From contig OZ076409.1 of NCBI GenBank assembly GCA_964187785.1, positions 45,138,001 through 45,202,000 on the forward strand: a stretch of DNA of 64,000 bases. Reading direction: 5' to 3'. Shown here piece after piece: positions 12,401-25,694 of the stretch (its first letter is position 1; each line of letters opens with the position of its first letter). The translations under genes and the position numbers were made by a program. The DNA is from Amphiscolops sp. MND2022. Its lineage: Eukaryota. A model generated the notes under the pieces. It was not told the origin of the DNA. It made no database searches and saw only the letters and a program-made list of their open reading frames with translations.

Positions 12401-14079
12401 AACGACAGTGTGCTTCAAACCGCCAAAATGAACAAAAGCGTCAGAAATAAGAAGAGAACAAGTGATAGAACAATGGCCGCTAACTCAAGAATTAGCAAAA
12501 TCTACGTACAAGCCAACTACGAAAAAGACAAACAGTTACAAAAATCATTGGATTTCTTCAAATATGCGATTCCACACAAATTCACGTCTTCCTCCTCCTT
12601 GGAGGGGAAAGTTTAATTCATTTAGCCTTGTCGCGAATAACTTACTATATCTAGTTATCCCGAAAGACATGATGGAAAGAATGATGACAGCTATACATTT
12701 CGGTCATGCGGGTAGAGATGCCATGTTGAGAGAGGCGGCAGACGTTTTGTGGCCCAAAAGTCACCGTGAGATCATTGAAAAGGCAAGCAATTGCCCGGAA
12801 TGTATTAAAGCAGGTAAGAGTTTGAAGTGTCTTAAAAATCAAAAGACTTCGGAACCTCACCTAAGGCCGACAAACCAAACGAAGAAATCTCGCAAGATTT
12901 TGCAGGCCCCTTTCAAAATGCACCGAAAGGAAAGAAGTACATGTTAGTTTCTGAAGGCAATAATTCGGGATGGCCGAGTAATCCGACTACCGAAAGGGTT
13001 TCGGAATTTTTGGCGGAATAAATAGCACAACACGGAATCCCACAGCGATTAAGAACCGACCCGGGAACGGCGTTTAAATGTGAAAAATTCCGAGAGTGTA
13101 AAACCAATTACATGAAACATATTGTTTGCCCAATAAAAGATCATCGAGGAAATGGAAATGTCGAAAGAATGATCAGGACAATAAACGAAAGACTTCGAGC
13201 TGACAATAAGGTGGTTCTAGAGAAAAATAACAGAAACAAAAATCCTTTTCGCATTGAGAACTGAGATTGGTAAAAATGGTAAATCAGCATTTGAGCGGCA
13301 TCAATACCATTAACCTAAAACCGCAAAATCTCCAATGGTGAATGATTTCATTTCAGACAAGGGCCCTAATCTTCCAATCGAAGAGGAGGATTTCAGTCCA
13401 GACGTGGACACAACTGTACTACTTCGGGAAAGAACCAGAGGGTCCAAATAAGAAAGAACCTTTGCGAAAAAGGAAACCCGGATAGTGTCTGAATCAAAAC
13501 ACACCATCACCATCTTGCCAGATAAAGGAAAGCCTGTAATCTTGACAAAAAGGGGGTGTGGTGTACAAACGAGACAAGGTGACAAAAAGAGCCAAACCGC
13601 AAAGTCACGAACAATTGTAAGACTGCAGCAAAGTGGCAACTGGAACGAGAATGCCAGAAAGGAAGAAAACTCTCCAGCTAGCATCTTCATCGAGTGAAGA
13701 AGTCTAAAACGAACTTATTGGAGAAGCAAGCAAACTCGGCGAGAAAGAGACAACAAAAACGGAAGCCACAGAAAACGACCCGAATGAGATATTATATCCA
13801 AATCCCATCGCAGAGTCCGGACAAGCAACAGAAGCTGAGGAAGGAGAGGTCACTGAGACGACAAGGTCCGACTAGGAGACAATTGACTATAAACAGTCGG
13901 AAGAAGAGGAAGGAGAAATTCTCCCTGAAAAGGTCCCCATTCAAGGAGAGGCGAGCTGGGAGATGCCAAAAAGAAAAACACAATCGGGACGAGTGGTAAA
14001 AAGACCGAAATGGCTGGGACAGAACGTAATGGTCAGTGCAATAGAAAAGAAGTCGGAAGAAGAAAAACTTGAAAAGTGA
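9423..14079 (+). pseudogene. gag-pol polyprotein of Gypsy element 1, many stops and frameshifts
   Basis: CWRCG zinc knuckle (about 10143), protease IDTGS, RT ALDARAL and LVFIDDNLIV, RNase H CDARKEGL...ELQLLAVVW, integrase HFGHAG...CPEC and RTDPGT. Confidence 0.92.
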
Positions 14080-14261
14080 AAAAACATTCATCGCTAAACC
14101 TGAAACCTATCTACATTGTTAATTACTCTTGTAGCCGTATGGCCGTCTTAGATTTGTATTACTGTGTTTAGTAACCACCGTTAAACCATTGTGAGTGACA
14201 TTTGACATTTCCGTAAATCCACAAACTGTAATCCCTATTCCATTTGTATTAAAAAAAGGAA

Positions 14262-14450
14262 TGTGGTAGAGTTGTAAATTGAAATGCGATAAACATTAGT
14301 AAACAGATAGGCAATTTACAGAAGTACCTGCCAACGCTGAAGCGTTAGAAAAAGATACTTTAAAACTTCACGCCATAAGATACAGTTCAGTCAATTCACA
14401 CTTATTTGCCAATTCTACTTGTTTTGCCTAGTCAAAGCATAGCGTTAACA
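14262..14450 (+). repeat. 3' LTR of Gypsy element 1
   Basis: Direct repeat of 9236-9423, followed by TSD CCGAC. Confidence 0.95.
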
Positions 14451-14830
14451 CCGACTTAATTATTTTATTCGAATGCAGCATAGTATAAAGATTACAACAT
14501 GCTCGATTTGGATTCATTTTGAAAATTACCGGGAATTACTGGAAGCATTCTGTTATTTAGAGGAAACTTACTTTGGGTATTCTATGGACTTTAGTCGTTG
14601 TTTAAGATTGCTAGAACTTTTTCCTGACATTAAGAAATAACCTATTAAACTTTGTCAAAATCACTATCTTGAAAAGTATACGTTTGAAATTTTTTCTCGA
14701 AAATCGATAAATCCGCACACAAAGATCCTTATTATTTATTGAAACTTCTGTTTCGAATCATTGATTCAAACGTTTTCCTGTACAACTTGTTCACATTTTG
14801 TTCTTAAAATTTTGAAAATTGGAACGTTTA

Positions 14831-16046
14831 CACTCGCCGGCAAAAGTAATGTCCCCGTAGGTTTAGCAACTGTTTCAGTTCTTTTTTGAATAAAACAGAA
14901 AGTAAAATTTTAAAACCGGATATCAACAAAAAGTTTCCCATACAATTTTTTCACAGAAATTATTATTTCATGCAAAAATATTCCACGTTTAAATATTTCC
15001 GAACGTAACCAAATTGTTGGAATGTTAAATTCTATAGTTAATTTTTCCATTATTTCTTCTATTTTTACTTGTTCTGTTAAAACAATTCGCCGTATCAAGT
15101 TGAATTACGATCAACATGGATCTGTTGAAGATCTTCCACGATCCGGAAGACCATCCGTAACAACAGAAAGAGAGAAGAGACGTATTGTCAGAAAGCACAA
15201 AAGGAACCGATTTCTGACAGCTGCTGAAACATCTCACGGCGAAAGAAATTCGGAGCGAACTGTCCGGCGCTTGTTGAGAAGCTCTGGAATTCACTGTAGG
15301 CGGCCTCTGAGACGGCCAATTCTCACTAGTCGCCGCAGACAAGCGAGGCTGAGATGGGCTATATCAAAGTCATCATGGACTGTTGAAGATTGGGTAAAAT
15401 TTTGTTCTCAGACGAATCACGCTTTTGTCTGAATGCTGATTCAAGAAGCGAGCGACTATGGAGAGCAAATGGCACCCGTTATTCTAGAAGGAATGTCCAC
15501 GAATTTCGATCAAAAGGTCTTATGATCTGGGGAGGCATTTCGAGAGAGCATAAGTCAAACTTGGTTCTGGTGGTTGGAACGCTCAATGCCGAGCGGTATA
15601 TTAGTGATGTGCTCCAGGCAGAAGTTTTGCCCTTTCTCAGAGAGACCCCCGACGTTTTTGCCTTGCAACAAGATAACGCGCCCACACATGTGGCATCGTC
15701 TACATTATCCTACCTGAGAGACCAAAATATCCTGCTTCTGTCGTGGCCTCCCTTCAGTCCAGACCTCAACCCCATTGAACATGTCTGGGCATGGATGAAA
15801 AAACGGGTGGGACAGAAAAATCCACAAAATTTGATGGGTTTGGCAATTGCAATTTTGGAAGTTTGGAGGACCCTACCAAAAAACTTTCTAAAAAAGTTGA
15901 TTGAGTCGATGCCCAGGCAAATTGAAGCCTGCATAAGGGCCAGAGGAGGCCATACGCGATATTATTCAATTGTTATTTATTTTTGTTATTTTTTACCTGT
16001 TTTATCATAGAATATCTGTTTGGGACATTACTTTTGCCGGTGAGTG
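14831..16046 (+). mobile_element. Tc1-family DNA transposon, full length
   Basis: 25-bp TIRs CACTCGCCGGCAAAAGTAATGTCCC / GGGACATTACTTTTGCCGGTGAGTG (one mismatch), flanked by TA on both sides. Confidence 0.96.
14980..15964 (+). pseudogene. Tc1 transposase (DD34E), inactivated
   Basis: PRSGRP linker, FSDESRF, QQDNAPTH and WPPFSPDLNPIE with 34 residues between D and E, C-terminal GGHTRY. One frameshift near 15395; start appears as ATT (IPRLNISERNQIVGML) and the expected stop as TAT. Confidence 0.92.
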
Positions 16047-17225
16047 TATGCATTCCGCTTTTTGGCTCAATGAAAAACAAACGAGAACGGTTTAGTGGAA
16101 AAGGAGCATGGTGTAGTAGTTAAAGCATTCGACCTGTACTGTATTCGAATCTCTCTCAAATCACAAATGTTGGGCCGTGAACAAGTCTTTCATCCCTTGC
16201 GACAAAAAATAAAGCAATTGGCGGAGAAAAACAAAAGAAAAAAGCGCAACGGTGAGCAGACAGACCTTTGTGACCTTGAGCAAGTCAGATCTTTAAGATG
16301 ACCCTTGCTGGACCTATTGGCTGCAAATATGATACCAAAGATTGCTATGTAGAGGTAGCATCCGAAGGGTTGCTGTCATAACCTCACCCGTGTTCTAGAG
16401 AACTTCCTTCTTATTTGTAGCAAGGTTGGGGTTGTTTTAATTAGTGTACGATCTATATTTTGTTTCACGTGAGCATAAAGTCCCACATATATTTGCAGTC
16501 GCCCTAAGAGTATTTACGGATCATTGTATTTAGTATTGTAACTGATTATCTTTTCATGAAGCGATGAACCAATAGCTCTCTGTATCTGAGTGTTGCATCT
16601 CTCATTTCATTAGGCATCTGGGAGATTCGGTGGGTTATTTTCCCAGGAAGAGTTTCAACGATCTCTAACACTTTTTCACAATTTTTTCTACCGTTTGTGT
16701 GTTCCATATTTTTTAATTTTTCACTTTTTAGATGCTTTCTTCATTAGATGATTTGGACGTACGTTCTGCATTCATTTCATGCGATAAACTGTTTTATTGT
16801 TAATTTTCTCTAACATAAATTCATGACATAATATCCATACTTTCCAATTCTATCCTGATGTCACACTGATAGCACTTCCTTTCCTTGACCTTTTGTCTGC
16901 TCACTGACGGAATTTGGATGAGAATATGATTACGTTCAACAATGATTCTTTGTATGTAACGAACAAAATTTAAATTGATACAATTGAAGACTATAGGACA
17001 AGTCAAATCCGAGGTCTTGGCAGAAAGTCGTCTTAGAGTTGAAAAACGATTTCGCAACATGTAGAGTATCAAATAGTCAGAAATCGCAGAGTTATGTGAA
17101 AGATAATGAAAATCTCGTCGTGTAAATTGTCAAAGATCCTTTTTTCAGAACGGCGAAGGTCTGGTGTATTTATACTCAGAAATTTTAAAATACACTCTTA
17201 GAGAGCTTGAGAAAACATGAGTTGT

Positions 17226-18754
17226 TGTCATGAGTACTCTCTAGGTCTTCATTTCTGTTTGGAAACCTATGATACTCATCTCTGGAGTCGCTCCTAAACC
17301 TACGGTCCAAGGCTTCTCTAGTTCTGTATTCCGGTCTTCTAGCCGAGTCTTCCCATCTTCTTTCAGGCATATGTCCTTGTCCGGATTTCAGAGTGACTTG
17401 TATCTGAGGCAATATTTGATCACTAATTGTCTCATTTATGGCTCTCTGAATCTGAGAACTCACTGTGCTCATGAAATCACTCAGTTCCCTGGTGATTTTC
17501 TGATTTAGCTCTCCTGACAGCCTCAGAAGCAGATTCAGGCAGTGAGTTTAACAGACTGTTAAACTCACTGCCTGAATCTGCTTCTCTTGAACTTTATCCA
17601 TTCTGGGCGTAAGTCCTAATTTTTGTTTCTTGAGAAATAGGGCGAGTATTGCTATTTTGATTCAGCAACGTGTCATAGCTGGGACCTTCAGGCCTTTTGC
17701 CATAAGTACTAATTTCACTCTCGTCCCTTTCTAAATGATTTCAACCTAAAATTACATCAGACAACATATCTACTTCATTGGACTTTCTTGCATTCTTTTG
17801 CTTTCTTGTAGTAAGCTTCAAGAATCCCAATAGTAACAATTGAAATATTTTTTCGGTAAGTTATATTTTAATCGTTTTGAACACTCTCAAGTTCGTAGGA
17901 AATTGTTTCAAGCTCAAGGAGTCGACGGTATATATACTCCTTGAGGTATGACAGTCACGTTTTTTACATATCATGAGATCAACATTTTAACAAACATCAT
18001 ATTCCAGTTTCACAAGGTTAGTATATATCAAAGGAGTGGAGGAAATTGAACAGCTATTTTTACAAACAATTCAAACAAACTGTTTACGTATCAATATCAA
18101 ATAACATCAACACATCAAAGCTCTACCGCACTTTGAGCATCCTACGAATGCATTCCGTAGCTGGCACGGAATTTACAGTATCATGCTGTTTAATACTAGA
18201 TGGAATTACCCCAATCCGGTCACTTGACACAAGAATAGTCTGTGATATTTATCCAACGAATACATACAAACTAATCTATCAAAACTAAGCATCGATGATT
18301 AGCAACTAATCTGCGCAAAAGTAATGGTTGATCATGAAAAGAACTAAAATCATTAGTACTAGCTAGTTGCAAGGGTGATTAGTGTTACTGCAGCATACTA
18401 CAGGAAACAACCGGAACCGGCCATTTGACCTGTGTTTTTTTAATATAATGCACAGCAGCGTCAAAAGGCCTTACTCGGCCATTAGTTTTCAAGTACTCAA
18501 TTAACATAGCAAATGGTGAAATATGGTTGGTTCAAACGACGTGCGCAAGCAATTTCGCCGGAATAGCACTTTACTCATTTGAACTCGTTTCCTTTACTGT
18601 TGATCAGTTGTATTCAGTAAACTATTGCATCACGTATTTTTTACTGCTTTGCCAATTTACACCCCAGCTTGAACATTTCCATTTAAATGTTAACAGACTA
18701 ATAACAAAACATTCTAGAACGTGTTGATACTACACACGAGTATATTAAGATACA
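17226..18754 (-). mobile_element. Solo-LTR-like repeat, copy B, with a degenerate gag-like N-terminal ORF
   Basis: Homologous to 132-2020. The reading frame (TTRKQKNARKSNEVDML...EDLESTHD) runs to the terminal CA at 17226. The right boundary is approximate. Confidence 0.6.
17525..17585. repeat. Perfect palindrome, 30-bp arms and 1-nt centre
   Basis: AGAAGCAGATTCAGGCAGTGAGTTTAACAG-A-CTGTTAAACTCACTGCCTGAATCTGCTTCT. Confidence 0.95.
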
Positions 18755-18879
18755 AAAATAGGTTAAGTCCCAGCTTAGCTAAATGTTTCTAACAATAAAA
18801 AGTCGGCAGCGTGCCGGGTGCAATTTTTTGTCCTTCAGATGTAGTTGTTATTGTTGTACCGTCTCAGGCGACAGCTTGC

Positions 18880-21800
18880 GACAGTTGTTAATACTGAATT
18901 GATAATCAACTGTAATGAACATATAGACAATGTGGCAAAAGATTTTTCGCATAAGTTTCTTTATTACACTTTCGTTGATGAACAATCTGTTTTCTCTTTT
19001 TAGTGAGTTATGTAGAATAGCTATACCACATCCCCCACGTTAACTAAAAAAGTGTATCTCGTTATAAATCTCCGTAGACTTGCGAATGTAGGTTACAACC
19101 TGTTTTCATACTGCGTTGTATAAAAGTATTGTAGGTTACATGACTTCAATTATAATGTAATAAAAGTACATCGTTAAGTATCTCGTAATATGTTTGTTGA
19201 CTATTTTTGTCTTGTGGTTTTAGGTTTTTCATTCCCCTTCTATTTCTCTCCTTGTATCTTTTTCCCTCTTCTGCCGGTTCCTCGTTGTTAGCCAGGTTTC
19301 TTCTCTGCTGGCAGTTTCTTCCCTGTTTGCAACCACCTTTCCTCATCGTCCTTTTTTTTGCGGAGACAGCTGGGTGACAAGAATGTCGTTGCCGTACGAG
19401 TTTGATTTGCTTCTGGTTCGTTCGCCACGTCGAGGTGTTTTCTGTTTTTTTTTGGTGCCGGTGTTTGTTTTGTCATACGTGCCATTTGCTTTCTTTTGCT
19501 CCTTTCGGAGCTTCTTTTGGTGTGCTCTCTGTTCAATTTCGCTCATTGCGGCTGCCACTTGTCTTGTCTGCTCTTCTTTTGCGGAGCGATTCTCATTGGT
19601 TGCCTCGCTGTCACTTGTCAGTTTTGGTTGGCTAGTCAATTCGTCCAATTGTGGCTTTTCACGCTCAAGTGGCAAATCGCTCTCCTTTATGCTTTTTCCC
19701 TTGGTTTCTCTGTTGTGGCCGTCACGTTTAGTCTTTTTATCTGGCATCGAGAGCTGCGTGGCCGATCGTCGTTGTTGTTTTGTCCCAAATGTCGTTTGGA
19801 AATTATTGTTCTTGGGTTCTCTCTGCTGAGAAGAAGGTAATCGTGTAACTACTATGTTCGAGGAGGGTCTCCTTTCGCATTTTGATAGCTACTTCAAGTT
19901 TTGACCCGCACATTCGCGGACCATGATTGTCGAATCTTGCCTCGACTCAAAATCTTCTCCAGCTAATTCGACTTCTGGTGTTTCTGAAATGGACTGACTT
20001 CTGTTAGTTTCGAGTAGTTTTATAGTATTCGGATCCTGTCCCGTATAGCTTTCGTACGGCGACTTTTTTGGCCGACGGATCCATTCTATGTGCGAGCAGA
20101 ATTTCCGCAGAAGATTTGTCCTTATTTACTTTCATCTTCTTATTCGTTCGTAGTCACTCGTTTAATATTCGAATCAGTCGCTTTCTTCAAAAGTCGTTTA
20201 TCTTGCTACTGCGGAATTTTGTTGCTGAGTCTGTCCTTTTTGTCTTCGGAATTCCCTGTCGTACGATATACTTCTATTAGAACTCAATTACGTTGTCCGT
20301 ATTTGGTTTACGCTAAAGTTTTGCTCCTAGCCAACCTGTAAAGTGGTCTAACATATGTTTCTCTGCTCCTATTGCATTTTGAAATGGGACATCGAAATCA
20401 ATGGCTATCTCTTGGTTTCTCTCGTTACTATTTGTTTGTTGGCCTACTTGGTTTTGTTTTGAAGGCGGTTTATTGCTCTTATCGGCAGTTTTTCAATGTT
20501 GGCATGTTTGCACGATACCCACTACGTCGCGATGGAGTGTCGGCCACCACACGTTGGCTACCGTTGCAAGCATGCTGTCACGGCCTGTGTGTCCGTTGTG
20601 CAGACTGTGTAAAATCACAGGGCGTAACGCTTTGGAGGTTACCAGCCTCTCATCAATCCATGAAGGAAATCGTTGTCGTCTAGACTGAGGCATCTAAACT
20701 TTTTGCGCCATGGTTTCATTTGGCTCAGGCTTCTTTATAAGAGTGATGTTTTTTTTGGATAAATTAATTGGCCTCAAATTGGGCTGCAAATGTATAGTTC
20801 CCTAAATTCTGGAGGATTTCCACTCGATTGAGTAGCACATTGGTGTTTTCAATGGTCGTTTGTCGGAGAATTCAATTGTGCTAGTTTCACCCATCTCGCT
20901 ATCTGATTGGCTGTCCTTTCAAGAGCTGTTGGCTGGTTCACAAATTGACGCACTTATGTTCCTAATTGTCTGTTTCTCTTCTTTACTCAACGCTTTCTCG
21001 CTCATCACTTCGCGACGGTCCGTCCGGTCGCTCTCTTCTACCAACTATGCTGTGATTGGTTGATTCTATATCCCTTTTCTAATTTGTTCATCTGAAACAA
21101 TGTTCACTGTTGTTACCATGTTTACCGTCACCCTGTTGTTCTATAATTCTCTGCTTTTACCTGCACATTATTTTTACTTGGCGATGGGTGCCGAGACAGG
21201 TAGTCGGCCACTCCCAGGGCTCTACCAGGTGCGTACGTTACAGTAATATGGAATGGCAGCAAATGATCCAGCCAGCGCGTTGACCGACTTGAGTACGTTC
21301 TATTTGTCCTATTTCCTTTCAAAATTGATGTCAAAGCCTTGTGATCTGATACGACCTCAAATTGCGTATCTACAAAATTTCTAAAGTTCGCAATAGCCCA
21401 AACAACGACCAAAAGTTCCAATTCTAATATGGAATGTTTTTGTTCCAAGGAAGTCAGTATACTCGATGCGAAGTGTGTGGCCCTCCAACCTTGCACCGTT
21501 CCCTGCTGCAATACCGCCCCAAGCCGTTTTTGCTTGCGTCGCAGATATTTCTCGAAGGTTGGTCGTTTTTGAAACGTTTCTTTTCGGTGATCTTTTGAAT
21601 CTCCTCTTTTAATGCTTGGAATGTTTTCTCATGCTCATCTGTCACCTTCCATTCGTTTGTCTCACTAAGTAGGTGGTCGTATTGGTGCACGCAGTCTCGA
21701 AAAGTTGGAGTAAACCTATTAATTTGATTCAATGCTCCCATAAGCGAACGCAGTTCTCTCAGATTTTTTGGGTCGGTCGGAGATTGCCTGCATTTTCTCA

Positions 21801-24044
21801 TCAATAGGTTTGACTCCACTTTGTGATAAATTGTATCTCAACCATTCGGTTTTTGTTTGTGCGATTCTGCAATTTTGCAATTTTTAATCGGATGTCTGCT
21901 TCGTCTAACTTTTTTACGACATTTTCAACTTTCGTCATGTGTTGGTCTTTTGTCCCTTTTGTGACAATAAGGACGTCGTCAATGGACGCAAATGTAATTC
22001 TAATGTTAAGCAATATCTGATTCATTATATTTTGAAATACTGGTGGCATCATAGTTAACCCGTAGTACCAGGTGGAAAAGCCATATGATGTTCCCGTTGC
22101 TCTGTCCCCGATAATCTGGAAATTACAATGCTGTGTCCGGCGATAACTCCGTTTTTCCGTACGAATAAGTCATTTGTAAAGATGTCAATCTGATTTCTCC
22201 TTCACTTTCTTCGTTTATGATTGGGCTTCTGATACTTATCATTTCGGATGGCATCGTTCAGGGATCTGGCATCTAATGCCATCTTGACAGATTTGTCTTC
22301 CTTGATTGTAATGATCACGGTTTGTATGAAGATATCGTCGATTATCTTCTCCAGTTTTCGAGTGTGGTCTTCTTTCAGCAATTTGTCGATCTCTTTTTCC
22401 ACTGCTTCTTGCAACTGTAGGGGGATTCTGCGTCCTTTCTGTTGGGTGATTTTGGCATCCTTTTTGAACTCAAGTTTTATGCCCTTTTGTTTTCCCATGT
22501 CTAGACTAAAGTTGGAAATTTTTGTTTCAATGTTTCAGTGTCCTTTCGTTCAGAAATGTTGTTGATAATGTTCGTGTACCCACTCTTTCCATTGACTTCT
22601 CCGACCCTGAAGTTAGGTTGAATAAGCAATTCCCGTCCAATCAACGATCGTTTCTCTGGTTCTTGTGATTTTCAGCTTTTTCATTCCCACTTGGACGTCC
22701 ATCGTCACGAACCCGAGAAGGTTCAAAGGTTTGTTGTTGTAGTCCACCTATTGTTCTGTTTTTGACAGTAGTCTTGCAAAGATTACATTTTGTTTTAATA
22801 ATTTTCTCAGACCTTCTTGCGTGAATATGGTGATAGATTAGCCCGAATCAATCATCGTTGTAAACGGCTCATTGTTTATATTGCCTTTCCTCAGAAACGA
22901 TTGATTACCTCCATCGCCTACATGTAGCACCATCTTGTCTTCGCCTTGATCGTTGCTGTCTTCTGATTGTTTGCTGTCTTCTCCAATCAGGTTAATGCAC
23001 CGCATACCGTCTCTGTTCCCCATCGTGCCTCTTCCCCACATGTTGCCGGTTTTTGGTTTTTTGAACGTACGCGCGAAATGGCCAATTGGAGCGCATTTTC
23101 TGCAACTCTTATTCTTTGCCTTACACACGGCTAGGTGATTTTGGGAGAATTCCAGACCGCATCTGCTACATGGATCTCTTTTTTCATTGACTGCACATGC
23201 TGGATTGTTTTTAGTTTCTTTTGTCGCATTTCCTCCTTCGAATGTTCGATGTAGATTTATGCCTTCTTTGAAAACGATTGCGAATCGGAACGCCTCTTAT
23301 GTATCGTTTTTGGGCTCCGTGCACAGCTTTTGCTACACGATTTAATTGTTCATCTTCTGGACAAATGTGTACAATATAAGGCTGTCCGTCGGCTCGCCAA
23401 AAACGCATTTCGCGGCCATACCGGTTAAAGTATGCCAGAATTGTCGAATTGTTTCCTTGGAGTTTTGCTTTCGTGGAAAGTATTAGTATCTTTCCAGCGT
23501 TTTGGTTATGAGCTTTTTAAAATCTTCATCACCGTTTTCTCCCGTAGTGATACTGCCGCCACTCTCATGTGGGGGAACTTGTCTGTCAAACGTTTCCTTG
23601 CTGCCGACCCCGAAGATACCAGAGGATACTTACTATTTTCCTTTCAGCCGCCTGCTATTTCAGGTTATTTAGGACTGCTGGAATTCGGGGTTGTTGTTCT
23701 GTCACCTCACGTATCCCCTCTGTCACTGATATCGAATGTTTTGCATTGGTGGCAACTGTGAAGAGGTCCCACAACTCCTCCCATTATGTTCTAGGTGCTG
23801 TGTCTGACGAATCCCAGAAAGTTGGCAATCCCGAAACAGCTGTCGCTCCCCCCGAAGTTGACACTTCCCTGCTGGATCATAATTCTCGCAGCGCCATGTT
23901 AGAAAGCTCAATGAAACTGATGAGTTAATAATCAACTGTATTCATCGTATAGACAATGTGGCAAATGATCTTTCGCTCAAATTTCTTCAATACAGTTTTG
24001 TTGATCAACAACCTGTTTTTTCTTTTGCTTATAGCTCTGCCACA
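18880..24044 (-). mobile_element. Ty3/Gypsy (Mag-like) LTR retrotransposon 2, old and degenerate
   Basis: 5' LTR 23897-24044 with adjacent PBS TGGCGCTGCGAG; diverged 3' LTR about 18880-19030 with purine tract GTGGGGGA. Motifs CKAKNKSCRKCAPIGH, IDSG, ALDARSLN, SIDDVLIV, CDASKNGLG, HNGHTG...CQHC. No convincing TSD. Confidence 0.9.
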
Positions 24045-24223
24045 TACTCATAATTTATCAAATGATTGTGTTATATCTACCCCAAAATTCTTCAGTGAGA
24101 TTTATTGTGACGTCATTCTAAATTTAAAGCATCAAAAAGGGAGCATGCCAGACGTCACGCAGAAGTAGTTCATATTAAACATGAAAGGGACGATCGGCAA
24201 AATTCGGTTGACATTTCCTATCA

Positions 24224-24590
24224 TTTTTAGTCGGCGCTTCATTAAGTGAAACGCGACTTTACTAGTGGCTTTTTTTCAATCCACACGAAATGACCGAAAT
24301 AGTTCTTAAAAGTTGTACGATACTTTAAGGTGTCAAATTGAACCTTGTGACTCAAGGAACGTAACCAAAAGAGTTGTTCCTTTTTATCAGCGTAACATAC
24401 AGTTCCGGGCGATACCAAAGGGTCCAGTTTTTTTTCGACACTGTGGGATTTTTTTCGAAAATTTTTTCACCAAAATACCCCCTTCTATTTTTGATTTTTG
24501 CGACTGAATGGATGTTGAAAAAACCCAAAGGGTCCCCCCATTCAACTTTTTCGGCATTGTGAGACTTTAAAAAAATTCATCAATGGGTCC
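24224..24590 (+). mobile_element. Truncated HINE family 1 copy (5' part)
   Basis: Starts TTTTTAGTCGGCGC followed by a partial inverted repeat (CGCGACT); internal motifs match the reverse complement of 40178-40747; hairpin end absent. Confidence 0.6.
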
Positions 24591-25214
24591 CTCTACCTGC
24601 ATTGCCTGAAAATTGAAATCAACCTCAATTCCCAATCTATTTCTAGAAATTTGGATGTACTAATTACATCAATGGCTTATGTTGGAAAATAAGTGAACAG
24701 ATAAAGCATCACGCTAGGTGGACGAAATGTCCATGGACGATTTGTCCATCTGTCAATTTAAAAAAGCAAAACTACTCATTCGGCGTTAATACCGCGAGTG
24801 TGGGGATATAAACCGAACGAGTTTTGGAAAATTGCTCGCAGCGTATGAAAATGAAGACAATGTCGGAAATTCGAGCACACTGTTATCGGTCATCACGTTA
24901 AAATTTTTCAAGAAAGTGTATTCCCCGATTTCCGCAGGTTGGAAGCCGACAAAGCAGATCTGTTTTTCTAAGTAGGCGACCGTGACAGGCTCATGCCTGC
25001 GATGGAAACCTGTACTGTTTGAAAGATTGAGTCTTGTGGCTGGGAATCATTTTTATTGGAGAAGTTTTCAATCATTTTATTCTTTTTTTCTGTTTTCAAA
25101 TACCTTTTTGGCTTCACCCAATTGAGTTATTCATTGTCATTGCAAGCTTACTTAGAATAGTTTTTCATTGCTTTTCTACTTTCTATGGCATCACCAGTTC
25201 TTTTCAAAATAGAC

Positions 25215-25694
25215 AACAAGACGGTAACGTCTAGAGTCGGCGCCCATCTTGAATTTCGAAAAATTGAAAGTTTCATTAAAATACCCAGGTGTGCTTTTGG
25301 AAAACTTTGTGTGTGGAAAATGTGGAAAACAATGTGGAAAAGTCCCATAGTTCCGAAAAACCCGAAGATGGACCATTAGGCTCGAAAAACGCCTTTTTGT
25401 GAGTTGAAACACTACCAAAACCGAAGGGGCCCTCTGGTGAAATGAATTTCTTAGAAGAAACCAAATGGGGGATCCTTTGACACCTCAAGGATTCGCAAAC
25501 AAAGATATTTAGTCCTAGGAAGACATCGAACCGACGGTCGTCTGCTTGGGAAGCGATTTCCTGTTGCGTTGATAAACTGGCGACGTGAACAAACCCTCTT
25601 ATGAAAAGTTGACGCATACATTCTGTGGTCTTACGTAAGAAACTAGTCACCGTAAAAATCCGGCCTATTTTCTTATAAAATGCGCCGACTAAAA
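25215..25694 (-). mobile_element. Non-autonomous Helentron-like element (HINE family 1)
   Basis: AACAAG, hairpin AGACG-GTAA-CGTCT and AGTCGGCGC at one end; GCGCCGACTAAAA at the other. Confidence 0.75.

Larger units (their letters stand above)
9236..14450 (+). mobile_element. Ty3/Gypsy (Mag-like) LTR retrotransposon 1, full length, degenerate
   Basis: TG...CA LTRs at 9236-9423 and 14262-14450; TSD CCGAC at 9231-9235 and 14451-14455; mutated PBS TCGCGCTGCGAG at 9424; purine tract AAAAAAAGGAA before the 3' LTR; gene order gag-PR-RT-RH-IN. Confidence 0.96.

Noticed and set aside
19374..19840. Hydrophobic plus-strand ORFs as an env-like or membrane protein
   Set aside because: They are the antisense shadow of the A-rich integrase tail of Gypsy 2. 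Similar shadows occur at 13792-14091, 35259-35525 and 50288-50734.
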